Below, in pieces: positions 1 through 8,312 of a stretch of DNA of 64,000 nt. Under the pieces are notes generated by a model. That model saw only the letters and a list, made by a program, of their open reading frames with translations, did not search any database and was not told the DNA's origin. The DNA comes from Patescibacteria group bacterium. GTDB taxonomy: Bacteria > Patescibacteriota > Patescibacteriia > UBA2591 > UBA6264. Position numbers and translations under genes: made by a program. Each line of letters opens with the position of its first letter. Position 1 is the first letter of the stretch. Where the stretch lies: contig JAIPGN010000003.1 in NCBI GenBank assembly GCA_021735685.1, positions 1,269 through 65,268 of the forward strand, read 5' to 3'.

Positions 1-222
1 ATGGTTACAAGGCTCACTCTGTCCTTTTTTACGGTTCAAGCAATTAACCGCCTTGGCCATTAAACGGGCGGTAGTGGTTTTACCTAAACCCCGCGGACCA
101 GTGAATAAATAAGCATGAGCCAATTGTTCAGTTTTAATTTCATTTTCCAAGACTCGAACAATGTGTTCTTGCCCGATAACTTCTTTAAAATTTTGGGGTC
201 GATACTTGCGGTAAATAACCAT
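1..222 (-). CDS. dnaX: DNA polymerase III subunit gamma/tau, N-terminal 74 codons; the gene continues beyond the window start
   Basis: Reverse-complement translation from ATG at 222: MVIYRKYRPQNFKEVIGQEHIVRVLENEIKTEQLAHAYLFTGPRGLGKTTTARLMAKAVNCL... This is the canonical DnaX N-terminus with its P-loop. It was not in the ORF track because it is partial. Confidence 0.8.
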   Translation of the reverse strand, partial: MVIYRKYRPQNFKEVIGQEHIVRVLENEIKTEQLAHAYLFTGPRGLGKTTTARLMAKAVNCLNRKKGQSEPCNH

Positions 223-230
223 AAAAATAT

Positions 231-2723
231 TTATTTAAGTGATTTATAGTCTCTTTGAGCAATTTTTGACTCAATGGTGGCTTGATCTTGTCCGTATTTT
301 AAACGAGACAATTCCTTAATCAATTGAGCAGATTGAGGATTAGATGGAGGGATGCCCGGGATTTCGTTAAAAGGAACTGTAGCCATGTTAAAGCCTGGTG
401 GATTAGCGTTATCAATTAAAAGTTTCACAAAGGCATTGTACTTAGGCATGTTCAAGAAATCATGCTCGTTAAATATAGGGGCAAATTCTTTCGTCAAAAC
501 CTCAGCATCATCTACTCCCACTCGATAAGCAATTTTTGTTCCAACGTTACCAAAAATAGAATCTTTAAACTTAGTGTCTCCTGATTTAATTAGTTGCCCA
601 ATATATTGATGAATCATAGTAAGGGCTAAACGATACTTTCTGGCTTCAGAAAGTATAATCTGCATACTCTCGGTTAAAAAATTTTGGAACTCGTCTATAT
701 AAAGATAAAAATCATTTCTTTCTTCTTCGGGCATATCACCTCGCGATAAAGCTGACATCAGAATTTTGCCAACAATAATCATGCCCAATAAATGAGCATT
801 AATCTCTCCGATTTTACCTTTAGATAATTTAGCTAAAATAATTTTTTTCTCATCCATGGCCTTGCGGAAATCCAAACTGCTCTTCTGTTGAGCAATAATT
901 GGACGCATAAATTCATTAGTTAAAAATGGCGTTAATTTACTGGTAATATAAGGAACCATATTTTGCAGAGAAGCTTCTCCACCCGCTTTTAAAGCTTGTT
1001 TTTCCCAAAATTCCTTAACCACCGGAGTAGTGCATTTAGAAAGTTTATATTTTCTAAAATCTTCATCCGCCAAGACTTTAGGAACTTCCATCAAGGTTGA
1101 ACCAGAAGCTGGGTCATCCATAATTAAATGACAAGCATTTTTAAAATATTGTTCAAACATCGGGCCTCCGGTTTGTCGCAAATCATAGAGCTTATCAAAA
1201 ATATTCATAACTTCATTAATAACAAAAGTTTTTTGCTCATTGGAATTATACTCCAACATATTCAAACCTAAGGGTCGACTAATATCTGAAGGATCAAAAA
1301 CAATCACATCTTCTGCTCGATTCTTAGGGATCCTTTCTAAAATGTGACCAATAGCATCGCCATGTGGATCAATAAAGCAAGCGCCTTCACCATTAACTAT
1401 GTCTTGCATGGCTAAACCTTCTGCAAACCAAGACTTGCCCGTACCAGTCATACCAACAATATACATATGCCGACGACGGTCTTCTCTCTTGATCCTAATA
1501 TCTTTTTTCTCACCCCGATAGACATTATATCCTAAAAATAAACCTTCTTTGGGAATATTCAAAGGAGCTGGAGCTTTTTTAGCACTCAACCAACGAATAT
1601 TAGGAGTTTCAGTAGTAGAAAGAGGAAAATGGTAGATCCCCGTCATTTCTTCGGAATTAAGAACAAATGATTTCTTGGGGTCCAAAAAACGATAAATAAA
1701 ATTTTCTATTGTTTTTTCATCTCCTTTAATCACTTTAAATCCATTACCATATTGATAATCAGCATACTGAGCAAAAGCTCCGGTAATATTGTTTAAATAA
1801 ATACGAGCTTTTTCCTGATTTTGAGCTGAAACTACAATCCTGATATTAATCTCTAAACCGGCCTTACTCGCCTTTTCCTCCAAGGACTTAATAATCTCTT
1901 GCTCTAAAGGGGAAGGTTGATGACTTGCTTTCATCTTTTCCCGACTTTCCTCGTTTTGAGATTTGGGGGTAAAAAATTGGCCAAAAAATTTAAAAAACTT
2001 AATTAAAAAACCAGAATTTGATTTTTTTAGAGCATCGCGAAAACTATTTCCTTTTTGCATCGCTGAAGCTGCTTTCATTCCTCGCGACCGCCAACCCGGC
2101 ACAGCAGAACGAGTTACTACTTGAATTACAGCCGCATCTTCGTCATCAATTTTGCTCAAAGAATTAACCACTGCGTTTAAAAAATCAGTTTCATTTTTTA
2201 AGTAAGTTTTAATTGGCAACATAGAGCCTTTCTTTAAAACTAAAGAGGCACTCATGGTTTTACCTTGCGGAAGAAAAATATTGTAATCTTCTGCCAAATC
2301 TATTTGAGCATCTGGATATTGAGCCTGTAATTGTTGTTCGAAAAAACTTTGCAAATAACGAGGAACAACCGCATAAAAAGAAATAATCCCCTCCTTATCT
2401 GAAACCATTTCAAAAGAAAGAGAGTCTGACCTCCCGAAAAGCCAAGTCTTAAAACCTTTTTGCGATTTAAGACCAGCGATATTACCCCAAAAGGTTTCAG
2501 CAGATCCTAAAATTTCTTTAATCGGCCTTTTGTCATCATCATTCTTGCCTTGCTTGGGTACACTCACCAATAAAGTCACTTTCTGAAAAGCAAATTTAAA
2601 TTTAAAAATTTTTGAAAGATATTGTCGAAAAAACAAAAACCCTAAAAAAGCTCCGCTGATTATTAAAATAAAAAGCAGAAAATAGGGCTGATTAAAATAA
2701 TCTAAAAATTTTAAAAAATCCAT
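231..2723 (-). CDS. membrane-anchored P-loop ATPase, TraG/VirD4/TraD (type IV coupling protein) or DUF87/HerA-like family
   Basis: N-terminal TM helix (FLLFILIISGAFLGFLFF). Walker A is MYIVGMTGTGKSW, followed by FIDPHGD. Walker B-like is YLYIDEFQNF. Its stop codon is 8 nt from the dnaX start, so the two are probably co-transcribed. Confidence 0.5.
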   Translation of the reverse strand: MDFLKFLDYFNQPYFLLFILIISGAFLGFLFFRQYLSKIFKFKFAFQKVTLLVSVPKQGKNDDDKRPIKEILGSAETFWGNIAGLKSQKGFKTWLFGRSDSLSFEMVSDKEGIISFYAVVPRYLQSFFEQQLQAQYPDAQIDLAEDYNIFLPQGKTMSASLVLKKGSMLPIKTYLKNETDFLNAVVNSLSKIDDEDAAVIQVVTRSAVPGWRSRGMKAASAMQKGNSFRDALKKSNSGFLIKFFKFFGQFFTPKSQNEESREKMKASHQPSPLEQEIIKSLEEKASKAGLEINIRIVVSAQNQEKARIYLNNITGAFAQYADYQYGNGFKVIKGDEKTIENFIYRFLDPKKSFVLNSEEMTGIYHFPLSTTETPNIRWLSAKKAPAPLNIPKEGLFLGYNVYRGEKKDIRIKREDRRRHMYIVGMTGTGKSWFAEGLAMQDIVNGEGACFIDPHGDAIGHILERIPKNRAEDVIVFDPSDISRPLGLNMLEYNSNEQKTFVINEVMNIFDKLYDLRQTGGPMFEQYFKNACHLIMDDPASGSTLMEVPKVLADEDFRKYKLSKCTTPVVKEFWEKQALKAGGEASLQNMVPYITSKLTPFLTNEFMRPIIAQQKSSLDFRKAMDEKKIILAKLSKGKIGEINAHLLGMIIVGKILMSALSRGDMPEEERNDFYLYIDEFQNFLTESMQIILSEARKYRLALTMIHQYIGQLIKSGDTKFKDSIFGNVGTKIAYRVGVDDAEVLTKEFAPIFNEHDFLNMPKYNAFVKLLIDNANPPGFNMATVPFNEIPGIPPSNPQSAQLIKELSRLKYGQDQATIESKIAQRDYKSLK

Positions 2724-2741
2724 AAAATTTTAAAAAATAAC

Positions 2742-3257
2742 TTAATTCTCTTTTCCCTTCTTTATTCGCTCAGACAAATCTAAAATTTTCTGAGTCTTGA
2801 TTTTAGAAGTTTGTTCTAAAAAAAACTTATTAACACCGGGTACCATTAAAAGCCAATCTTTAATTAATTTAACAATCTTAAAAACAACTACTTTGGCCTG
2901 AGTAATAATAGTTTTGATTTCTTGAGCAGTTTTTTCTCCTTTTTTCTTAAAATCAGACCGCAAGTTTTCCGGCAAATTTTTATACAACTCTTCCATGTCT
3001 TCAGCTAAAACAGCCTCAATATCTTGAGACAATTTCTGGTCTTCTGCTGATGTTTTAATTGGACCTAAAGAAGAAATAGCTTGGCTCAAGGAAGCTACTG
3101 CTTCCTCTTTCTTTTCCAAAGGCAAAGAGCCTTCTGCATCTTTTTCTTTTCCCAAATTAGATTCTCTTTCTGGAGAAACAGGAACTTCTTGAGTAGATTT
3201 CTCTGGCTTTTCTAAAGAAGAAAGCTTTTCTTTATTATTTTGAGATAATTCATCCAT
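2742..3257 (-). CDS. hypothetical protein with a charged, disordered N-terminus and a C-terminal hydrophobic segment
   Basis: ORF only. It is K/E/S-rich low complexity and sits 18 nt downstream of the ATPase gene. Confidence 0.35.
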   Translation of the reverse strand: MDELSQNNKEKLSSLEKPEKSTQEVPVSPERESNLGKEKDAEGSLPLEKKEEAVASLSQAISSLGPIKTSAEDQKLSQDIEAVLAEDMEELYKNLPENLRSDFKKKGEKTAQEIKTIITQAKVVVFKIVKLIKDWLLMVPGVNKFFLEQTSKIKTQKILDLSERIKKGKEN

Positions 3258-3409
3258 AATTAAACTTAAAAATTTAATTAAAACCTCCGAAAAGATATTA
3301 ACATTATACTAAAAACAAAAAACAATGTAAACCAAAATAAAAAAGTAACAAATTGACCTTAAGGTCGTCTTAAATTGTATGACCACAAGAAAACTAAAAA
3401 TATTTTTGT

Positions 3410-3442
3410 GCCCCCGATATGCAATCGCTAGGGGGCTTTTTT
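3410..3442 (+). terminator. rho-independent terminator-like hairpin (GCCCCC-N15-GGGGGC followed by a T-run), in plus orientation
   Basis: Perfect 6-bp GC stem followed by TTTTTT. No plus-strand CDS lies upstream. Confidence 0.4.
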
Positions 3443-3461
3443 ATTTTTAAATAAAAAAAAT

Positions 3462-3600
3462 GCCATTTTTTCGCCATTTTCATTTTTTGCCCTTATTTCT
3501 CGCTCAGAGAGCGACTTAGCTGACCTTACTTGATGGGGACAGTCCCCAAATTTATTTGATGGGGACTGTCCCCAAATAAAAAAGGGAGACTTTGTCTCCC
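3462..3600 (+). repeat. multi-hairpin intergenic element, copy 1
   Basis: Order of parts: GCCATTTTTTCGCCA; TCGCTCagaGAGCGA; two copies of the palindrome GGGGAC(A/T)GTCCCC; then GGGAGACtttGTCTCCC. The last hairpin followed by a T-run (read on the minus strand) would terminate the 103-aa gene. Copy 2 is at 11844-11934. Confidence 0.5.
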
Positions 3601-3626
3601 TCGATGAGGCTATCCCCCAAAAAAAA

Positions 3627-3938
3627 TCACTCATGTTCCACTAAAGTCCCGAAAGACCCGTGGAGGTCCTGATTCTCATACAAAAACCCCTCTAGGGTTC
3701 TTCGAGAACTAGGAATGATGCCTTGAATCCAGCAAAAGCCGGGAGTTTTTGCTGTTTTTTTGAGCCATTGGAAGAAATCCACTGGCTCTTGGGCCGCTAA
3801 ATTCCTAACATCCAAAAGGATGAAAGAAATTTTTTTTGATGTGTTTTCTCGTCCCGTCTGATCTTTTAAGACCAGATTGATCACCTTCCTCTCTTCATCG
3901 AAAGAAAGAATTTTCATTACTTGATAATTAGTTATCAT
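3627..3938 (-). CDS. hypothetical small protein (103 aa) with strong expression signals
   Basis: ORF preceded by AGGAGG 6-10 nt upstream and a near-consensus promoter. No family recognised. Confidence 0.45.
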   Translation of the reverse strand: MITNYQVMKILSFDEERKVINLVLKDQTGRENTSKKISFILLDVRNLAAQEPVDFFQWLKKTAKTPGFCWIQGIIPSSRRTLEGFLYENQDLHGSFGTLVEHE

Positions 3939-3992
3939 TTTTCCTCCTTTTTTACCCTAAATCAAAAAAGCTCTTTGATTAGGGCTTTTTAA

Positions 3993-4020
3993 ATTATAAC
4001 AGATTTGCCTTAATAGTCAA
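3993..4020 (-). promoter_or_regulatory. sigma70-like promoter (-35 TTGACT, 16-nt spacer, -10 TATAAT) for the 103-aa gene
   Basis: On the minus strand: TTGACTattaaggcaaatctgtTATAAT. The 5'-UTR holds the hairpin CCCTAATCAAAgagcTTTTGATTTAGGG (3954-3985), then the SD. Confidence 0.4.
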
Positions 4021-4042
4021 GAGCTTCCTTTTTGTAGATTTT

Positions 4043-4117
4043 TGGTACCGCCACAGGGAATCGAACCCTGGTTTCATGGATGAGAACCATGTGTCCTAAC
4101 CACTAGACGATGGCGGC
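4043..4117 (-). tRNA. tRNA-Glu (anticodon CUC), CCA encoded
   Basis: Reverse complement: GCCGCCATCGTCTAGTGGTTAGGACACATGGTTCTCATCCATGAAACCAGGGTTCGATTCCCTGTGGCGGTACCA. The acceptor pairs, the D-arm is Glu-type, the anticodon stem is CATGG/CCATG with loop TTCTCAT, and the T-loop is TTCGATT. There is an extra G at -1. Confidence 0.7.
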
Positions 4118-4176
4118 CTGAATTTAAAATTCAGAATAACACAGATTTTCGCTTCTGGCAAGCAAAAAATTATTCC

Positions 4177-4205
4177 TTGATTTTATCTCTAAAATTAGAT
4201 AAAAT
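4177..4205 (+). promoter_or_regulatory. putative glyA promoter (-35 TTGATT, 17-nt spacer, -10 TAAAAT)
   Basis: The -10 ends 6 nt before the ATG at 4212, so the mRNA may be leaderless or have a very short leader. Confidence 0.3.
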
Positions 4206-4211
4206 AACTTT

Positions 4212-5441
4212 ATGAATAATCTCCAAAAAATTGACCCTAAAATCAGCCAATTAATTCAAAAAGAAGCAGAAAGGCAAAAAAGGGGTCTCAACTTGATTCC
4301 CTCGGAAAACTTTGTTTCTCCAGCAGTGAGCGAAGCTTTAGCTTCGGTTTGTACTAATAAATATGCAGAAGGATATCCGGATCAAAGGTATTACAGTGGC
4401 AATCAATATATAGATGAAATCGAAAAATTAGCCCAAAAAAGAGCTCAAAAGCTATTTCGTGCTGAACATGTTAATGTCCAACCTTATTCTGGTTCTCCAG
4501 CTAATTTAGCGGTTTATTTAGCCTTAGCTCAGCCTGGGGACACTATTCTGGGGATGAGTTTAACTCACGGTGGTCACTTAACTCATGGCCATCAAGTCAA
4601 TCTTTCCGGAAAATTATTTAATTTTATTCAATATAAAGTAAATCCCCAAACCCAAAGAATTAATTATCAAGAAATAGAAGAATTGGCTCAAAAACATCGT
4701 CCTCGAATTATAGTTTCTGGGGCTACAGCTTATCCCCGAATCATTAATTTTGAAAAAATTCATCAAATCAGTCAAAAAGTTAAGGCCGTTAGCATGGCTG
4801 ACATTTCTCATATTGCTGGTTTAGTGGCCACTCAAAATCATCCCAGTCCCCTGCCTTTTACTGATGTAGTCACTACCACCACTCATAAAACCTTACGAGG
4901 CCCGCGAGGAGCTTTAATTATGTGCAAAAAACAATACGCCACAAGCATTGACCGAATGATTTTCCCGGGAATGCAAGGCGGGCCGCACGAAAACAATATT
5001 GCTGCTATTGCCGTGGCCTTGCAAGAAGCCAGCACTCCTGCTTTTCAAAAGTACAGCCGACAAATTATTAAAAATTCCCAGGCTTTAGCACAAGCCCTCC
5101 AAAAACAAGGAATAAAATTAGTTACTAATGGCACTGACAATCATTTACTTTTAATTGATCTCCGCCCTCATCAAATCAAAGGAAAAGAAGCAGAAAACTT
5201 GCTGGAAAAAGCTAAAATTTATGTTAATAAAAATACTATTCCTTATGATCCTCAAAGTCCTTTAAATCCTTCTGGCGTAAGACTCGGGACTCCGGCCTTA
5301 ACTACTCAGGGCTTTCGAGAAAAAGAAATGAAAAAAATTGGAGAGATTATCGCCCTACTGTTAAACCATCCCTTTGATCAAAAGGTTTTAGAAAAAACGC
5401 AAAAACAAGTAAAAAAAATAATAAAAATTCATGCTTCTTGA
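4212..5441 (+). CDS. glyA: serine hydroxymethyltransferase
   Basis: LIPSENFVSPAVSEALASVCTNKYAEGYP...THKTLRGPRG. Full length, 409 aa. Confidence 0.95.
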   Translation: MNNLQKIDPKISQLIQKEAERQKRGLNLIPSENFVSPAVSEALASVCTNKYAEGYPDQRYYSGNQYIDEIEKLAQKRAQKLFRAEHVNVQPYSGSPANLAVYLALAQPGDTILGMSLTHGGHLTHGHQVNLSGKLFNFIQYKVNPQTQRINYQEIEELAQKHRPRIIVSGATAYPRIINFEKIHQISQKVKAVSMADISHIAGLVATQNHPSPLPFTDVVTTTTHKTLRGPRGALIMCKKQYATSIDRMIFPGMQGGPHENNIAAIAVALQEASTPAFQKYSRQIIKNSQALAQALQKQGIKLVTNGTDNHLLLIDLRPHQIKGKEAENLLEKAKIYVNKNTIPYDPQSPLNPSGVRLGTPALTTQGFREKEMKKIGEIIALLLNHPFDQKVLEKTQKQVKKIIKIHAS

Positions 5442-6219
5442 TGGTAAAAAAATAGCAAAAAAAATACAAAGTCAATTAAAAGAAGGAGTCCATAAAAATA
5501 ATTTGCGACCCGGTTTAGCTATTATTTTAATCGGCGAAAATCCTAATTCTAAAACTTATATAAGGCTCAAAGAAAAAGCAAGTCAAAGATTAAACTTTTA
5601 TTTTCAAAAAATATTTTTTCCAACTAATTGTCAAAAATCAGAAATTTTATCAACCATAGAAAACCTTAATTCCGATCCAAACTTGCACGGCCTAATGATT
5701 CAAATGCCAGTCCCCTCACAATTTGACCCTGACTTTTTGATCAACAAAATTAATCCCCAAAAAGACGTGGATGGTTTTCTCCAAAAATCAAAATTTACTC
5801 CCCCTACCCACCAAGCTATTCTTACTTTAATTAAAGAAAGCAAGAGAGAATTAAAAGGGAAACAAGCAATTATTCTCAGTAAAAATCCAATTTTTGCCCT
5901 TCCCTTAAAAAAAATACTGGAACAAGAATCAATAATTGCTGTTCATGAAAGAACAATTCCAAATCGTATCTCTTCCTTTGATTTGGTAATTAGCGCTCTT
6001 GGAGAGCCTAAAATTATTCAACCCCTTATGCTCAAAAAAAACGCTATTGTCATTGATGTTGGTTATAGTAAAATAAAAGGAAAGGCTTGGGGCGATGTAG
6101 ACCCTCGATGCCAAAAAAGAGGGGATCTTTTTATCTCTCCGGTTCCTGGTGGGGTCGGACCTTTAACTGTTGCCTATCTCCTAAAAAACGTTTACATTTC
6201 AGCTTTGGATCAAAAATAA
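5431..6219 (+). CDS. folD: bifunctional methylenetetrahydrofolate dehydrogenase/cyclohydrolase
   Basis: MLLDGKKIAKKI...PGLAIILIGENPNSKTYIRLKEKA...PVPGGVGPLTVAYLL. Overlaps glyA by 11 nt. Confidence 0.9.
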   Translation: MLLDGKKIAKKIQSQLKEGVHKNNLRPGLAIILIGENPNSKTYIRLKEKASQRLNFYFQKIFFPTNCQKSEILSTIENLNSDPNLHGLMIQMPVPSQFDPDFLINKINPQKDVDGFLQKSKFTPPTHQAILTLIKESKRELKGKQAIILSKNPIFALPLKKILEQESIIAVHERTIPNRISSFDLVISALGEPKIIQPLMLKKNAIVIDVGYSKIKGKAWGDVDPRCQKRGDLFISPVPGGVGPLTVAYLLKNVYISALDQK

Positions 6220-6247
6220 AATAATAAAAATCTTAATAATAAATTTT

Positions 6248-6469
6248 ATGTCTAAAATTCTAAGCATTGTTCAAATCATTATTTCTCTACTTTTGGTGGC
6301 TGCAGTCCTTATGCAATCACGAGAAGGTGGACTTTCCAATGTCTTTGGTGGTGGAGGCGAAGTTTATCGAACCAAAAGAGGTTTAGAAAAAAATCTTTTT
6401 GTCGCTACCATTATTCTGGCTGCTATCTTCATTGGTTTAGGGATTGCTCGTTTTCTTTTAGCTAAATAA
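6248..6469 (+). CDS. secG: preprotein translocase subunit SecG
   Basis: 73 aa with two TM helices and a central LMQSREGGLSNVFGGGG motif. Confidence 0.7.
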   Translation: MSKILSIVQIIISLLLVAAVLMQSREGGLSNVFGGGGEVYRTKRGLEKNLFVATIILAAIFIGLGIARFLLAK

Positions 6470-6470
6470 A

Positions 6471-8186
6471 ATGATTTTTCATAAAAAAAAGATTAAAAAA
6501 TCTCATCCTTCTTCTCTAAGACTTCTTTCTTGGAGAAAAATTAAATATTTAAAACGTCTTCTCAGTCCTCAAGAAAGAAAAGTTATTATTATACTTTTAA
6601 TTTTAAGCTTAATTGCTCTCTTGGGAATTGTTCTTTCCTTTTATTTCGAAAATTCAAAAATTAAACCAGCATATGGAGGTAAATATACAGAAGCCTTAGT
6701 GGGCCAACCAACCTTAATCAATCCCCTTCTAGCTAACAATGAAACCGATCTTTCTTTAGTAGAAATAATTTTTTCCAGCCTTTATCAACATCAAGAAAAC
6801 AACGAGATTGCCCCAGATCTAGCTAAAGATTTGCCCACAAAAATTAATGGAAAAGAACAAAAAATTTGCCTCAAGTCTAATCTTTTTTGGCACGACCAAA
6901 AAAAAATAACCACAAATGACATTCTCTTTACTCTAGAATTAATTAAATCCCTGGGCATCCCTAAATCGTTTTTTGAAAATTTAAAAAACGCTGAAATAAA
7001 AATAATAGACGAAAATTGTTTGACTATCAAAAATGCCAAATTATCTGACTTAACTTTTAAAATTTTACCTCAGCATATCTGGAAAAATCTAGAAAAAGAA
7101 AAAATTAATGAATCTATTTACAATCTTAAACCGTTAGGAAGTGGAGCCTTTTACTTTGCCTCTTTAGAAAAAAATCAAGAAGGAATGATCAAAAAATATC
7201 AACTAAAGGCAAACAAAGATTATCACAAAAAAGCTCCTTATCTCGAAGAAATAAATTTTGAATTCTATGATAATTTTTCTCAAGCAATAGATGCTTTTAA
7301 TCAAGGCGAAGTAATGGGCCTGGGTCACCCTCCCCAAAGCCTTCAAAGAGAAATTTTAGACTCAGAAAAAATAAATCTATACTCTTTGGGCCTCCCCCAT
7401 TATAGTGCTCTTTTTTTTAACACGAGCGATCCAATTTTACAAAGTAAAGCAATTAGACAAGCTCTGGCTTTTTTGACTCCTAAAGAAAAAATATTAGAAA
7501 ATATTGTAGGCCAAAAAGGGATCATAATGCAAAGTTCTTTCTTGCCTAACTCCCCCTTTGTCAACAATAATGTTCAAAAATATAAACATAATTTAGGGCA
7601 AGCGCAAAAAATTCTTCAAGAAGCTGGCTGGGAAAAAGGAGAAAGCAATTTTTTAGAAAAAGATAGAAAAATATTAGAACTAACTATCACCACTGTTGCC
7701 AAAGAAAACGATTTTATTGAAATTGTAAAACTCTTACAAGAATCCTGGCAAGAGCTAAACATTAAGGTCAAATTAATATCTGTTTCTCCTGAAAAAATAG
7801 AAGAAGTGATTAAAAATCGTAATTTCCAAATTTTTCTTTATGGTGTTCTCTTGCAAAGAAACTTTAATCCTTACTTCTTCTGGCACTCTTCTCAAAAAAC
7901 ATTCCCTGGACTTAATTTAACCAACTTTAGCCATCGCCGCGCTGATGAACTTTTAGAAAAAGCCCTTTTGACTAACGATTTTAAAAAACAAAAAGAATAC
8001 TACTATGAACTGCAAGAGATTATCGCCGAAAACTTACCAGCTGTTTTCCTTTACAACACAACTTATAATTATTTTCTAGATTCCAGTATCAAGGGAATTA
8101 AAATTTCTCAAATCGAACATCCTAAAGACAGATTTACAAATATTGAAAACTGGTACCTAAAAACCAAAAGAGAAAGAATTAAATAG
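6471..8186 (+). CDS. ABC transporter substrate-binding protein (family 5, peptide/nickel type), N-terminal membrane anchor
   Basis: 571 aa. N-terminal TM, then an SBP_bac_5-like architecture (GGKYTEALVGQPTLINPLLA...). Confidence 0.55.
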   Translation: MIFHKKKIKKSHPSSLRLLSWRKIKYLKRLLSPQERKVIIILLILSLIALLGIVLSFYFENSKIKPAYGGKYTEALVGQPTLINPLLANNETDLSLVEIIFSSLYQHQENNEIAPDLAKDLPTKINGKEQKICLKSNLFWHDQKKITTNDILFTLELIKSLGIPKSFFENLKNAEIKIIDENCLTIKNAKLSDLTFKILPQHIWKNLEKEKINESIYNLKPLGSGAFYFASLEKNQEGMIKKYQLKANKDYHKKAPYLEEINFEFYDNFSQAIDAFNQGEVMGLGHPPQSLQREILDSEKINLYSLGLPHYSALFFNTSDPILQSKAIRQALAFLTPKEKILENIVGQKGIIMQSSFLPNSPFVNNNVQKYKHNLGQAQKILQEAGWEKGESNFLEKDRKILELTITTVAKENDFIEIVKLLQESWQELNIKVKLISVSPEKIEEVIKNRNFQIFLYGVLLQRNFNPYFFWHSSQKTFPGLNLTNFSHRRADELLEKALLTNDFKKQKEYYYELQEIIAENLPAVFLYNTTYNYFLDSSIKGIKISQIEHPKDRFTNIENWYLKTKRERIK

Positions 8187-8272
8187 CCGAGATGATGGAA
8201 CTGGAAGACATGCAGCGTTCAGGGCGCTGTGGGCGTAAGCCCGTGCGGGTTCGACTCCCGCTCTCGGCACCA
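8186..8272 (+). tRNA. tRNA-Leu (anticodon CAG), class II with long variable arm, CCA encoded
   Basis: GCCGAGATGATGGAACTGGAAGACATGCAGCGTTCAGGGCGCTGTGGGCGTAAGCCCGTGCGGGTTCGACTCCCGCTCTCGGCACCA. The acceptor pairs, the anticodon stem is CAGCG/CGCTG, the variable stem is GGGC/GCCC, and the discriminator is A. It begins on the last base of the upstream stop codon. Confidence 0.85.
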
Positions 8273-8312
8273 TAATTATCAAAAAATAAATTATTAAAAA
8301 AATACATAAAAT

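Noticed and set aside
3428-3634. 68-aa minus-strand ORF
   Set aside because: It lies entirely over the stacked hairpins of repeat copy 1, which include the 103-aa gene's terminator, and has no RBS or promoter. Probably non-coding.
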